A DNA stretch of 64,000 nucleotides from Vermamoeba vermiformis (taxonomy: Eukaryota), in NCBI GenBank assembly GCA_045837725.1, contig JBEWZL010000263.1, positions 1 to 64,000 on the forward strand. The letters run 5' to 3'. Positions 1 through 13,313 of this stretch are shown here, piece after piece. Within the stretch, counting starts at the first letter, position 1; each line of letters starts with the position of its first letter. The notes below the pieces were generated by a model. That model was given only the letters and a program-made list of their open reading frames with translations, was not told where the DNA came from and ran no database searches. A program made the position numbers and the translations under genes.

Positions 1-1658
1 AAATTCGGCATTCACTCATGTGAAGACATATCTAGTGGCGAAACAAAGAATATGATGAGAAGAAATTGAAAGAACGCGAGGAAGTGCGAAAACTCCTCGA
101 AGAGAGAAGAAAAGAACGCGATGCTGCACGACAACTTTACGACAAGGAGTTTGGCAATGATGAAGAGGTATCACCACAATATCTCGCATAGTAACTCTAG
201 GCGGCACTTAGATTAATTATATATTTTAAGGGGGACCCAAGAGAACGAGAGGAGCGAAGAAAACAGCACGAAAGTGACATTTTGCGGCGGGTCGAGGAAC
301 TTGTAAGTATTCAATGCTACGCAAAAATATTGGTAGTTTGACTATATTAATATTATTTCTTAGGTTAAGCAAAGGAAAAATAAGGGCGCTAAGGGTCGTT
401 TACCCCGCTCTTCGGATGCTGCTGCGCTCAATCCGTTCAAACTATTCAAATTAAAGAAGATCAAGTATAATATTAGTGTTCAAGGTTATTTTTGCGATAT
501 GATAATGAAGGTACCACCCGATGGAGAGGTCGCCAGATTTTACGAAAATTTCAAAGAGATAAATTCAACCACGACCTTTTCCGTAAGTATATACGACATT
601 ATAAGACCTAAAATAAGGCATAATTAACTCTTATATTGCTAGTATTTCCCAATATTATACCTTGATCGTTTCCACTCGGCTCCAGATCTCAAAGTTTTGT
701 TGAAGTTGATCGACGCTCAAGATTCAGGTGGATTTGTACGTAAAATAATACGAAATTACTATTCGTATATATGTATTTATGCTCTATTTATTTTAGACGG
801 CCTTACATTGGGCAGTACAAGACGGTAACATTGAGCGCATTGAAATGTTATTGGCGAATGGCGCCAATACTGAGTTAAAGTCAACTGTGGCCGTAAGTCT
901 CTTCATTTGTTATTAAAATAATAGTATTAATCATTATGGTGGATCAGAAACATCGACCTATTGATAAACTGAAAATACATTCGCCGCACGTCAAGGCAGC
1001 TGTTCTTGAACTGTTTCAGAAATACCAAAATATGAAGGACAATAGCAACGCTAACACCAACGAAGTTAATAATACGAGAATAGAACAACATAGAGCGGAG
1101 GTTAGCGAGCAATTTCCTTTTTTGGAATTACCCGCCGAACTGCAAGTAATGGTCCTCGAACAACTGTCGTGTTTGAACTTGACGAGAGTGGAGCGTGTTT
1201 GCAAGTATTTCAGAGACATGCAATTATTATCGCATCACTTGGCAGATTTACCCGATATGGAAGTCGTCACTTTTGCCGCATCCAGTAACGTTGCAGGGCC
1301 ACAGAGTTTTTGCCAATTGACAGTGATGGCCACGCCAACAGTGTTCCACTTCGGACTTATTGTGGGACAATACTACAAAGTGCCGTCAACACGAGGTGTG
1401 GATCGCGTCATTGAAGAATTGATCGGAAGAATTGAAATGTTTGCAAAGCTAAATCGGACATTTATATATGACGTAGAAAAGCTACACGAGTTCTTATTGA
1501 CCAGTTGGCAAATGAATCGACGGATCTACATTCTTTCACAAGCCGAGCACAGCAATAACATCACGATCTATGTCGAGGAGGATTCGCACTTTGGTGTGGG
1601 TGTTGACTTCAAATCACCTCTTGATGCTGCCCCGGCAAAGCCTAAATTCAATTGGTGA
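1..1658 (+). CDS. Ankyrin-repeat + F-box protein (5' end outside window, multi-exon)
   Basis: Spliced exons give an ankyrin repeat, DSGGF|TALHWAVQDGNIERIEMLLANGANTELKS. The last exon has F-box FPFLELPAELQVMVLEQLSCLNLTRVERVCKYFR. Confidence 0.75.
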
Positions 1659-1955
1659 AATAAACGTGTCAACTTCTGTGTTGGAACGACTCCGACCTAC
1701 TAAGTATCTTAATGTACGTGTGACTTGACGACTTTGAACCTACGATATCTAATACAGAATCTGAATTACACCTGCCGAGAAGATGTTGAATAAGTCCACG
1801 TGGCCAAGAAAGACATTGCTCGTCCAATTAGCTCTCGACCGGGTTAGTGAGGGACAGCGGATCCTTCTAATCATCGCGTGTCAAAAATTGACGGATGTAA
1901 TATCAGTGCTACAATGATTATAAAATATTAGATCAAACTAACTCGAAGCAATTTA

Positions 1956-3265
1956 TTAATAATTGTTCCTTGGATGATACGGTAGCGACCATTTAATGGC
2001 GAGTCCGCCGTTATCCGTTAATTTAATGAACATGTGATGCTTCATATAAGAATATTCCCACCAATAGGTCGGAAATTCCTCGTCGAAAATTAATTGTCTC
2101 AAACGATCAAGCTTGATCTCGTTTTTTTCTTCGTTTGATCCGTTGGCGCGTACAAAATCTTCAAATTTTGGAAAACCCCACAATTTTTTCCTAGTCGCTT
2201 CTCGCTTTTTAATGGGAGTATAATTAAAGGAATGAGCCTGGCAGAAATGAAAAAATGTTGGAAAAACTTGGATCTTGAGAACGACTTGAAGACCTGAGCC
2301 ATCGCGTATCTTCCAATTGCCTAATTTGGGTATAAAACTGTTCAACCGATGCGAGGTCCAGTATTTCCAAGTATTACAGACCAATGGTGCCATAAAGAAG
2401 TCGACTGGATCTAGCTTCAAAAGTACTTCACGCTGGATCTCTAATGGCAAGTCCAAAAAAGGAAATCTGTCTAAATAGCATCGCTCCTCTTCTTCATTAG
2501 GCACGTTTAATTTGTATTTGATCGCAAAAGCACGTTTGTCCAGCTGTTCAAAGTCTCTGAACATTTGCCGCATTGGTTCACTTATTGCTTTATCGACAGG
2601 CCTATCATTCTATACAAATATGTTAGTACATTAACTTAACAAGATATAGGCGTATATTAAATCTTGATAAATGAACCTTACTGATTTTGTTCGTGCATCT
2701 GGATCGCATCCGTAATACAGAAACATCGCTGCAGGCAATATTTTGTCGGCCAATACAACGCAATGTAAAATCGTCTATTATAAATACTATATTAAATAAT
2801 CGTCGTAAATATTGCTTGTTCTGCAAGAATATTAAAGCCTTTTTGAGGCAAAATTCCTCGATCTCTTTTTATTGCTTACCATCTGATCGTGCTTAGCATC
2901 TCTAACATTTAAATCAGGCCGCAAAGATAATACGGCATGAAACATGTCAGTGTCTTCTATCTTTTTAAGAGCGAATACTGGTTCCAAATCCTGTAGTCAA
3001 AATAGATCAGTTGACAGCCGGATTAGACGCTCATAAATTCGTCAAAAATAATTTATATACGTACAGGGTTAACAGGAATATTGCGGAATGGTCCTTTCAA
3101 CACGGGCCACGCAGGACTTTCTAAATCTGCTTTGAACCAACGATAAAATAATTTAATCTCCTGCACAGTTCCTTCTCTAATTATACTGCAAAAAATACTT
3201 CGAATTTTCTCGATAATTTTGATGCGGTTCTGCTTTGGTAGATTCGCTTTCTTGTTTAGCTCCAT
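1956..3265 (-). CDS. Ankyrin-repeat + F-box protein, paralog of the adjacent gene
   Basis: Exons give DLNVRDAKHDQM|TILHCVVLADKILPAAMFLYYGCDPDARTKS|NDRPVDKA (ankyrin), then F-box FPFLDLPLEIQREVLLKLDPVDFFMAPLVCNTW. Confidence 0.75.
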
Positions 3266-3615
3266 TTTTACAGGTTCTTCGACACTTAAGCGCCCTTATC
3301 TACTAAAAAGTGCAAGTAGTATCGAGGAAACAAGAACTTTAGGTGTTGTTGTCATCTGTGTGAGAAGACAAAGACCAAAAAAGGCTGGATTTGACAGCTC
3401 TCGTTTCGTTTCAACCAAAACTCGGGTTGTGAATGGGAGTCTATACGCTATCTGGTCATCTACTACTTACTATACTTATAGTATTCAATAACAGAATTCA
3501 ATAGTATTTTATTACGAAAAATGTTTAACGGGTGACCTTAATCAGGTTGTCTTGTGTTTACAATAAATTAATATATATATTACAATAGTACAATATGGCG
3601 TTACGGTCGATGGAT

Positions 3616-5335
3616 CTAAAACGTTACTTCGAGAACATCATCGAAAATAAAGTTGTCGTCAAAGATCGGTTCAGCAGTGTTAGCGAACGGATCCGCTGTG
3701 TTTGTGTTCAATAGAGACTCTTCAGAACAAGTCAATCGACGCTGAAGTAGTATGCCAAGTGGGTCTTGGTACTTGGCTTGTTTGGCAGACAAAGATCTGT
3801 AGCCAGGAAAATTGACCGATAATTGGTGGGCGTGCGTTACGAGCTACAATAACAGAATTAATTATCGAAATTATTATTATAGTACCATTGATATATATAC
3901 CTCTTGTATTTTGAAGCTCGGAATATCAAACGTGCCCCAAAGATAGGTCAATAACGAAGCCATTTTGAGTGTCGTCAGATCGTGTATTTGCAAGCTCTTA
4001 AATAGACTAATAAAATGATCACATTCTTCATTCATAGCACTATAGTCTTTCAAGAACGCAAATTTCATCGCCCGGAACATGTGCACGTACACTGGAGTAA
4101 ATCTGAGATTCGGATCAGATCAGCAAAACGGTTCCTATGCACGATGCATATCAATTGTTAATAAGTACGTACTCTTTGAGAGGTTCGCTCAGACTTTTTG
4201 CTGAAAATTCGACAAATTCAATGGCGTTCAAAAGTTCTTCTTCAGTGCCGCAATTGCGAAGGTTAATTATCGTCTAAAATAAAGTCATTAGTTTAATATA
4301 TGAATATCATTATTACTAAGTAATAATACCTTTGTCATGTTGAACAGTTCAGGCAACAAGTCCCATTTTTCGGTTAATTTCGCTAAACTGGCTAGCCGCT
4401 TATGTAAATCCTTAACAGACGCTGGAACGGTTATTATGGCATAATAATAGCGCAATTTAAGTGCGATGCTTTGCGGAATAGGCTTTGATTCGTAAGGTCC
4501 AGTTACGAACAACTCCACTTTGTCTTGACTACGTTGCATATTATAGACACTTGAAGCCAAGCTCTTGCATACTTTCAAGTAGTTTATGCCTGCTGCATTG
4601 TCTTGCTCCATTAAATGGCATAGGCCTAAATGGTAGAACCCGTGTGCTGCATCCATCGTAATGCTTGACATTGCTTGTGGAAGATATTGCCTACAATCGA
4701 TAAACTTATGAGTCTTGTTCATTTAAATGCTCGGTGTATGAGACCGTTACTTACTTGGCTTGATCCATAAATAAATGGGCTTGGGCTGGGTGGCCGAGAG
4801 CCAGAGCCGCGTACCCGACACTTGAAAGGACCCGAAACCTTTGTTCAGGAGCTAACGTGATATTACTTGAGAAATTTATAAGCAGGTTAGTGGTTGGTGG
4901 CACGTACCTGATAAATCACTTGGATTTGGTAACCAAAGTGGACAGAAGCGATAATCAGTGGTCTGATAATAAGCACTCGTGTAATAATTTACTAGCATAT
5001 TAATATCGCTCGCTGGGCTCGTCAAAATGGCGTTTTCGAGACCCGCGGAAGAAACTGTCCAGATCGGGTGAGCACGTCAATTATTATTGCAGTGAATCTT
5101 ACCTCCATTGGCGTATTCGACTTTTTTTATTATTTTGATTTTTTTTGGTGCGGTAGCCTCCTCTTGGTTTGGTCTTTTCATAAACACAATCCAGATTTAA
5201 TTTGGAGCATCTGGAGCAAGGTGCTTCACCATTACAGCGCCTGTGATTCGTACGACAATGAGTGCATGCCAAAGAGACGTATAGCCCCTTTTTAATCTGC
5301 AAATTATTGGAGGGAATAATTGTTGGAGTGTCCAT
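3616..5335 (-). CDS. Zn(II)2Cys6 binuclear-cluster transcription factor (multi-exon)
   Basis: ACTHCRTNHRRCNGEAPCSRCSKLNLDCVY matches CX2CX6CX5CX2CX6C. Helical downstream exons follow, with an acidic-hydrophobic C-terminus (DDNFIFDDVLEVTF*). Confidence 0.8.
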
Positions 5336-5777
5336 CTGGCTTGTTGTCAATCCGTCTGATTCGCGATGTAAAATTTTTCTCGCTAAACAGAACGAACACA
5401 AGAAATTTTACGAAAAATCGCAATTTTGAAGTATTACCGTTAATTAACCACTGCGTGCAAGATTTTTTACCCAATCCGGAAATTCCACCCGCACTACTAG
5501 CGGACTGAGCAGTTGTCATTAGTTTTTAAGTGGTTGTTGTAACCTTTTGTTCGTTTGTTTTGGTTTAAAATGATTTCAGGGCAATTTTATTTTTTTTATC
5601 GGATGATGTTGTCGACAAAGTAAGCGAACGTATATTATATTTCTTTCGAGGATTATTAATTTAGGCCTACGATTCGATATTTACCTTATTTGTATTATTT
5701 ATATTCATATTTATTTTGATTGATCGAAGCAATTTAACTAACAAATCCACCAAAATGAAGAGCAACCTTCTAGATTC

Positions 5778-8700
5778 ATGGACGACGAGAGAGATAGACC
5801 ACGTTCAGATAGGCGAGAGGGTGCTTACAAAATGGGTAGGTTTATCGACGGATTTAAAGCTAAAACCCGAAGCCGAGTAATGCAAAATTATTCAAAAAAT
5901 TCAAATTGCATTTTTAAGCACTAATTAAATATGACAAAAATCATATGTCACTTAATCTGTTTATTTAAATTTTATTGGCTCAATTTAAGGTTTCTGGACC
6001 TTTAGCTAAAACTTTTCCGCGCGTACATCCAGAATCTTATTTGACGGGCTTTCTCTGCTAGCTTTCCATAGAATACTAGCTAACCTACTTATATAGACCG
6101 AGACTACGAAAGAGGTCGCGGAGATTATCCACCACCGCCTCCACGCGATCGTGGATATGACCGAGACCGGATGACGAGCTCTCGTGACTACAAGCCCGAC
6201 AAGCGCGAGCATTATGACGAAAGACGAGACCACAGAATGGACACTAGTCCTTATCCACCTGACCGTCGTTCAATGAAGCGATCTCGCGAGTACGATCAAC
6301 GAGAGCCAAAAGAGCCTTATTCCCGCGACGAGCGAGAGATGTACGACAGACGCGAACGAGATAGACGTATGTATAATAATATTCATATTAACAAAATTCT
6401 ATAAGCAGTAACGTACCGAAAGATTCCTTTTTTGTTTCGGTTAAATGACGCATTTGCGAGCTGTGGCATAATGATCTATTTTTAGGCCGCGATGAGGAAC
6501 GAAGTCCGACTCGCAAGCGCGGTAGATATGATGAAGGACCTGAGAGCTTGAGAGGCTCTTCTTCTGGATCTGACGACAAAAAGTACACATCTGACCGAGA
6601 TCTTCACCATCGCTACGAAGAAGCTAATTTAAATTTCCTTTTTAGGAGAGCTCAACCTTACGGCTCAAAGACACCACTATTGTTTGAAGGTCTAATGAAG
6701 AGCTACAAACAGTTTTTTGAAATTCTCGGCGAACACTTGCCACAGCACGAGGCCCAAAAGCGCTACGAAGAGTACAAAAAAGAGTTTAACAAACGGAACT
6801 CGAGGACTTTCTTCAACGAGCACTGCAAGGAAGAATGGTTCAAAGAGCGCTATCACCCTGAATGGATGAAGAAACGTCGCGAGACTAAGATTGAACGCGC
6901 AAAGGCTGAGGCCAAAGTATTTGCTGACGAGTTGGAGCGAGGAGTGCTCAAGTACAACTTGACTGCTGATGATTTTCCGCACTTGCTCACGAAGGCTAGC
7001 TGTAAGTATAACACTTGAACACCAACCACGAGCCGCAAGAAGATCGTGTACTAATGTTAGCCTTTATAGACGAGGAAGGAGCACCAAGCCACTCATCGCA
7101 TCACCATGATGACGAAGAAGAGCATTCAATTAGTGATGGTTCATTAGAGGTCCGTGACGAAGGTCCTGAAGTGACGGAAGAACACGCCGCACAAGCAGGC
7201 GAAGAGCACTCGGCGAACAATAACAACAATGAAGACAGCGAGGGCGGCAAGACTAAAGAAGGAGGAGGCAAACAAATCAGCATAAAAAGCTCGCGACCTC
7301 TCGACCCGCGAATTGATTCAAGTTTGGACAGTTATGCTGCTCAACAAAGCGCTGAGTCTAATACTAACAAGGCACCTGGACCTCAAGAGACCAAGGACAA
7401 AGTGTATGTTGCATTACCACAGTAGCCTAGTTAATGCTAATCATTCGACTTAGGATTCATTTCTTCCCGCCACGTGACCCGCACACATTGTTCATTAAAA
7501 CCATTCCGCCCAGCTGCTCTCGTGAAGAACTGTTAGCGGTCATCAGCAAGGTTGAAGGCGGTGAATTGCGTCGTCTTATTATTGGACAGCCCAATCCTTA
7601 CAAGTATTTCCATCGTGTCGGTTGGATCACGTACACGAGCGATGAGGCATGCGACTATGCCTTGAAGACCTTCAACAATTACAAGGTAAATGCAATGATT
7701 GGAAGTCATTTACAAGGCACGTATTAACTCTCTTATAGTTCCCCGATTTTGCGCTCATGTTGACTACGCACATTCACCGTGGTGGAGAACAAGTGCGCGT
7801 CACTCCAGCCATCTCAAGCGATCCTGAACGATTGGCTCGTGATTTGAAGCAACTCAGACAGCTGGCTGTGCAATTGGACAGTGAGAAGGGAATCACTGAA
7901 AACATTCTCGTGAAGCGAGACGACCAGGATCTGGACAAGGACTTGGCGGTAAGTACCACGAACTTACCATTGTTATATCACGTATTAATCATATAGCGTA
8001 GTTGCATCAAAAAGTTGATCGCTACAACATGTACATTAGACGCGTGCACGCGTACTGCTATTACTGCAGCGAAGAGTTCTTCGACCCTGAAGACTTGTTC
8101 TTCCGCTGCGGTGAGCTGCACTTGCGCGGCACTGAAAAGAATCACGGCGATCAAGACGCAACAGCGTGGTACGACAACGTTGACAGCAAGTTCAGACAAC
8201 GACTGGAGACCCCTGATGACCCGACGACTTACGGCGGTCAGAAGATGATTGACAGATTCAAGGACGAGTACGCCACTGAGCGCACAGTGAGGGTCGAAGA
8301 GGGCAAGTACCGCTGTGCCTTGTGCGACAAGTTGTTCAAGGGTCCCGAGTTCGTCAAGAAACACATCATTGCGCCGGTCAAGGCTGATCACGTGCAAATT
8401 CCCGAGGAGGTTGTTATGAAAGCGATCGATGAGCAGTACTATGAGAACTATTTGAGTGACCCGAAAAGAATTCTGCCGAGCAATATTAACTTCACGAAAG
8501 AAAATGAAAAACAAGCGCAAAGAAACAAAAAACAAAATCAACAGCAACAACAATTCGACGATGACAGACAACAACAAGGGTACGTATATTCGTATGATAT
8601 TATATATGTATGTGCTAATATTGTATTTGCAGCTATCGTGGTAACCGAGGCGGAGGTCGTGGTCGAGGTGGATTCAGAGGTGGCAGAGGTCGCGGAGGAT

Positions 8701-8934
8701 TTAATCGCGGTTACGGCGCGTATGGCAATGACGGTCCGCAAGACGTAAGCAACACTTCCTTATAAGGACATAATAGGCACGTGAGCTAACAATGTTGTTT
8801 TGTAGAAACCGATGTACGAGTCAAGAAAGATTATGTCGTATGTTGACTTGGATGCGCCCCCAGATGACTCGATTGAACTCGACTATGCTAAGGCCTTGAA
8901 ACAATTTGCTGAGAAACAACAGCAAAATAAATAA
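5778..8934 (+). CDS. SRRT: SERRATE/Ars2 RNA effector homolog
   Basis: RD-rich N-terminus; FFNEHCKEEWFKERYHP; RRM (TLFIKTIPPS...RVGWITY); YIRRVHAYCYYC; zinc finger CALCDKLFKGPEFVKKHI; NYLSDPKR; C-terminal YVDLDAP. Confidence 0.93.
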
Positions 8935-9134
8935 ACTGCTTTTTTGGTGTTAATAATTTTGGTTGAATCCGGATTTGGACACGTCACGCGAGATCCAACA
9001 ATATGCAACATTACTAAAGTCGACGTTAAATGTTCTAGTGTGTAAGCAAAGTGGTTGGAAAATAAATAAATAAGGTTTATGATTCAAGAAGCGGATTGAC
9101 ATCTGGGATCAAATCTACTGTCGCGTGCCAGTAG

Positions 9135-9891
9135 TTAGAGCAACAAAGCAATGACGCTAAAAATGGCAGCAGCGCCAACGAAGAGTTGAGGTGCACTGCT
9201 AGGCCAGCCGCATTCGTGTGCTGTGGAGAGATCGGTTTTGGTGTCCCAAGTGCAATCCATAGTTTGCTTGACGCGAGCAGTGCAGTTGCCATTAGCGCAA
9301 GTGTTCAAGTAGAACTCGCCGTTAGAGCACTCACCCCAGTTAGTATTGACAGAGGAAGTGTTGTAAGCAGTGACAGCAAGCAGATTCTTAGATTTGCAAT
9401 CTTGCTGGGCGTATTGGTAGGTAATGGGAGCGTTGGCATTGTACAAATTGGCGTACTCGTCGTTAGTGCACGAAGCCTTTTGGAAATTGCCTGTTAAAGT
9501 CGCAAATTAATTCAAGTAATATTCAAAAAAAATCTAAATGATTTTTTCTTTGACATTTTAAACCGTAACCGACTTATATTCAATAAAATATAATATGATA
9601 TGCGCTCGAGTACGTACTGCAGTCAAAAGAAACGACACGGGAGCTGGTGCAAGAAGTGCAATACGAATCTGTTCCGCAGTCGAACTTGTAAACTCCGTCG
9701 CTTTGGCATTTGTAATAGGTGTAAGCGGCGTTATAGTACAAGCACTTGGCAATAGTAAAAGTCGAAGCTACTTCAGCGCCAGTGCATCCGTCGCTTTGGT
9801 AAGTGACGTAACGGACGTACTTCTCATCCGCAGCAGTAGCGAGAGTAATGGCGGCAGCCAAGATAAGAGTAACGACAATAAGCTTGGACAT
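9135..9891 (-). CDS. Small secreted, Cys-rich, probably GPI-anchored surface protein (2 exons)
   Basis: Signal peptide MSKLIVVTLILAAAITLATA, many Cys and Tyr residues, hydrophobic C-terminal tail LFVGAAAIFSVIALLL. Confidence 0.7.
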
Positions 9892-10402
9892 GGTTAGTGT
9901 TGTTCTTTTAGTGAGAAATAAATAAGTGCGTGACGTAAATCGGAAAAAGCCGGTTCGGATTTCAAGCCACGTGCTGCGCTATTGACCGGAATTGCTCCGA
10001 TTCAACTGCAATTTTGTCATAGACTAGATTTAGCGTGTAGCCGGCTACTATCGCAACAATCACTGGTAAATCGAAGTGTCCAGCAAGCAACCGCCCCAAA
10101 TGCATGAGTAATCAGTGAAATAGACGCCGAAGTATTTTTTCTCCATTCAAAAAAGCAAAAAATGTTTGATTGTGGATGCGTTCCGACAATTTTCGTGGCT
10201 TGTGAGCTTGGTCCAAGTGAAACGACGTCAGGGGCAAGGAGTCCACAAGGCCAGAATATTTTGGATATTTATTTGTTTATGTTCACTTGAATAGGTGCAA
10301 CATTTATTAACGTAAGTATTGTGCGTCCCTCCCAGATCTCCATTGAATTGTAATTAATTATTAAAGTGCATGTTTAGATAATGTTCATATTTACTAGACA
10401 TT

Positions 10403-13222
10403 ATGGAGCAATCAGTAAAAAATAACATTATCGGCATTATTAAACGATTTTTTGCGGGAGATCCAGCCGCTTTGCTAAATAAATCAGAAAATGACCTTAT
10501 TGATATTAGTAAGTATTCGCAGCATATAAATTCGCACTTTTAAATTTAATTAAATTTGAAAAACAAAAACTTAATTAAATCCGGTACTTACAGGTGTCAC
10601 TTTCATTACTCAAGTAATGCTTGGTATATTTCGCAGAAAAAGAATGAGACCTTACATAATGCAATTACTCGATATTCCTCCCATCGCTGAGCGAGTCGCA
10701 GAGTGGAGATGCAGCAAGATCGACGACCAATACGACTACCTGTTTGAAAGCAATATATTGCACTTAGCATGCGAAGTATATGATAAGGCATTCATATTGT
10801 ACGTTGTATATTGAACGAAAAATAATGACTACGAAGGGAGATCGCATCCCGAACTAACGCGATATTGTTCTCAGGCACGTGATCGAAAAATGCGGCAAAG
10901 AATTGATGTCAATACCTAATTACGACAACATATTACCAGTGACCATGTTGCTCTATAATCATCATTACAAAGACGTGTTTGACGTGCTCAAATACTTTCA
11001 AGACAACGACGCGGATGTGACTCAACTCAAATTAGATTTATACGATCGCATAAGCAATGAAAAAACTCAATCAAAGAAGACAATTCGAGAGATTATTAGA
11101 TTTTTCTGCGAAAGTCAGTTATTGACACCGAAAGACGTTACAAGAGTGGAAAAGCAGTTCAAACAATTGTGCGGTATAAACGAGTGGATGTACTCCAAAA
11201 AAAATAACAAATTTCCGAGATTGAACGAGGAGATAATCTATTTTTATGCTATGGCCGTCAAGTCACAGCCTCCGTAAGTACAAAAAATCGTTGTTTATCC
11301 ATAATGATGACACTTTGACACTTTGACACGGATCTATGCTGCTCAATGACACGTGTCAAATCGAAGCATAGGATTTAATCGTGTGTTATGCTTATAAAGC
11401 ACTAATCTTTTTGTAGTACTCGAGAAGAAGGATTATACCGCTATCTGTGTGATAATCACATCTTTCGCTTTATTATGGGTTCGCAAGCGGAGTTGACAGA
11501 TGCCCTGATCCGCAACAAATTGACTGACCAAGAAATTGAAGAGATAATTGAAAATACATTTAGCTCCCTGGAGTACTCTCCTCGGCCTCACACCTCCATG
11601 AAATTTCTCGAAACCTACATGCCGCTACTGCCTAATAACGAAGCAATCATGGAAGTGCTCTCCTACAGTGACACCTCGCAAATGTACTTGTGGATCTGCA
11701 AATTGAAAATGCACACCTACAACTTGCCCACAGAATATTTGCAGGTGTTAAAACCACACGTCGAAGGTACGTCCGATAATATTTCCTTTTATGGAAATTC
11801 AATTTTTTGGTGCTAACGTTTTTATATTAGCGTGGGTCTATGGTCCTATAAGTTCTAAACACGAGCAAAGTACGTACAGTATACTAGTATTAATGTATTA
11901 ATTGTGCTTCTAGTTGACTTTGCATTTGACATCCAAAAGTTGCCGTCAGATCTGATCGCGCAAGTGGTCGGATTTGTTCCGTACAAATCAGTTAGAGCAT
12001 TCGCACTCACGTGCAAGAAATTCCGCGAATTCGTTGACAAGAATTTACTTATTTGGCAATCACTGACGCAGAAATATTTTCCGCTGGACGATAACAATAA
12101 TGCACGAGAAAAGACCTCATTTCTCACTAAATTCAAGTAAGTGATGATTATTTCCTTTTTAGGCAAGTCATGCATGCTGACGTCTAGTCTTCAGAAATAA
12201 GTTCGTCTCAAGGTCCAACCAACCACTTCCCGTTCGCGCTGCTCGAGGCTTCAAATCGCTCGAAGTCACGCGAAATAACCTTGTTTGGAGTTCGCCGGAT
12301 AATTTCGGACTTTTTGACATGGAGACGTACTCCATCATGCAAAAAAATCACTCGCTTGGTTACGATTGCTTCGTGCGCATGTTCAACGACATTTTGTTCG
12401 TTAAAACTACTAACAAAGTCGAGACTTATGCAAAGCATGATTTGGTAAGTTCCAGTATTATAACTATATAAGGAAAGATGGCTTATTGACCGCCCATTTT
12501 TAGAGCAAAATTGGCAGTTTTGATGCACCGTGTACAGAACAATACTTTGCAGTCAACGACCAATATCTATTCAGCGATGGTATGTTCGTTCATGAACAAT
12601 GTTAAATTTGATAAATAATATGGTGTGACTAACGAAAGATTTTAGATTTTGTTTACGATATTCAACAAGGCGAAGTAATTGCTAATTTTCGAGTAAACGA
12701 ATTGCGACAATGCTTAATCCGCAATAATATTTGCTACGGCTTCTCAAGCTCCTGTTTATGCGTGATAGATCCGCGAACGAATCCAGCGTTAGTTGTTGCA
12801 AAGGATCTTGAATTTGATTCCCGCGAATTGCCAGCTTTGAACGTGTACGATAATACTATATATACTGCACATGATTACGTGGAGATATTTGACATTAGAA
12901 TGATGAATCAAAGCAGAAAATCTCAAGGGAGACTGGTAAGCGAATCTGGATCCACATCCGAAATTTGCTGCCGATCAACCTCTAACGTCTTAACTAGGGT
13001 CGCAACAAGATTATTGATCTAGTATCCATGAATGTCTGGTCGGACAAAGTTGTTTGGGACTTGACAGATCTCGAGTGGAGTTACGTCGAAGCAAGTGCAG
13101 ATCCAGGAACGCGATTGACTGTTTGTAACGGCAAGCACGTGATACACTCAGAGGGCTACAGCCTCAACGCAAGACCTCTTAGTGGCACGCACTATTTTCC
13201 TTACGGTGATTTCCGAGAATAA
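10403..13222 (+). CDS. Ankyrin-like N-terminus + F-box + degenerate beta-propeller-like C-terminus (multi-exon)
   Basis: NILHLACE...IPNYDNILPV (ankyrin-like); F-box IQKLPSDLIAQVVGFVPYKSVRAFALTCKKFREFV; beta-rich tail with VEIFDIR and VVWDLT. Joining these into a single gene is inferred from splice sites. Confidence 0.55.
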
Positions 13223-13313
13223 ACTCGGTATTTTTTTCGTTTATTATTCTTTATCGATTCCGTATAATATTATGATACATATATCGGCTTAATGAATTTG
13301 CATTTTTAACAGC

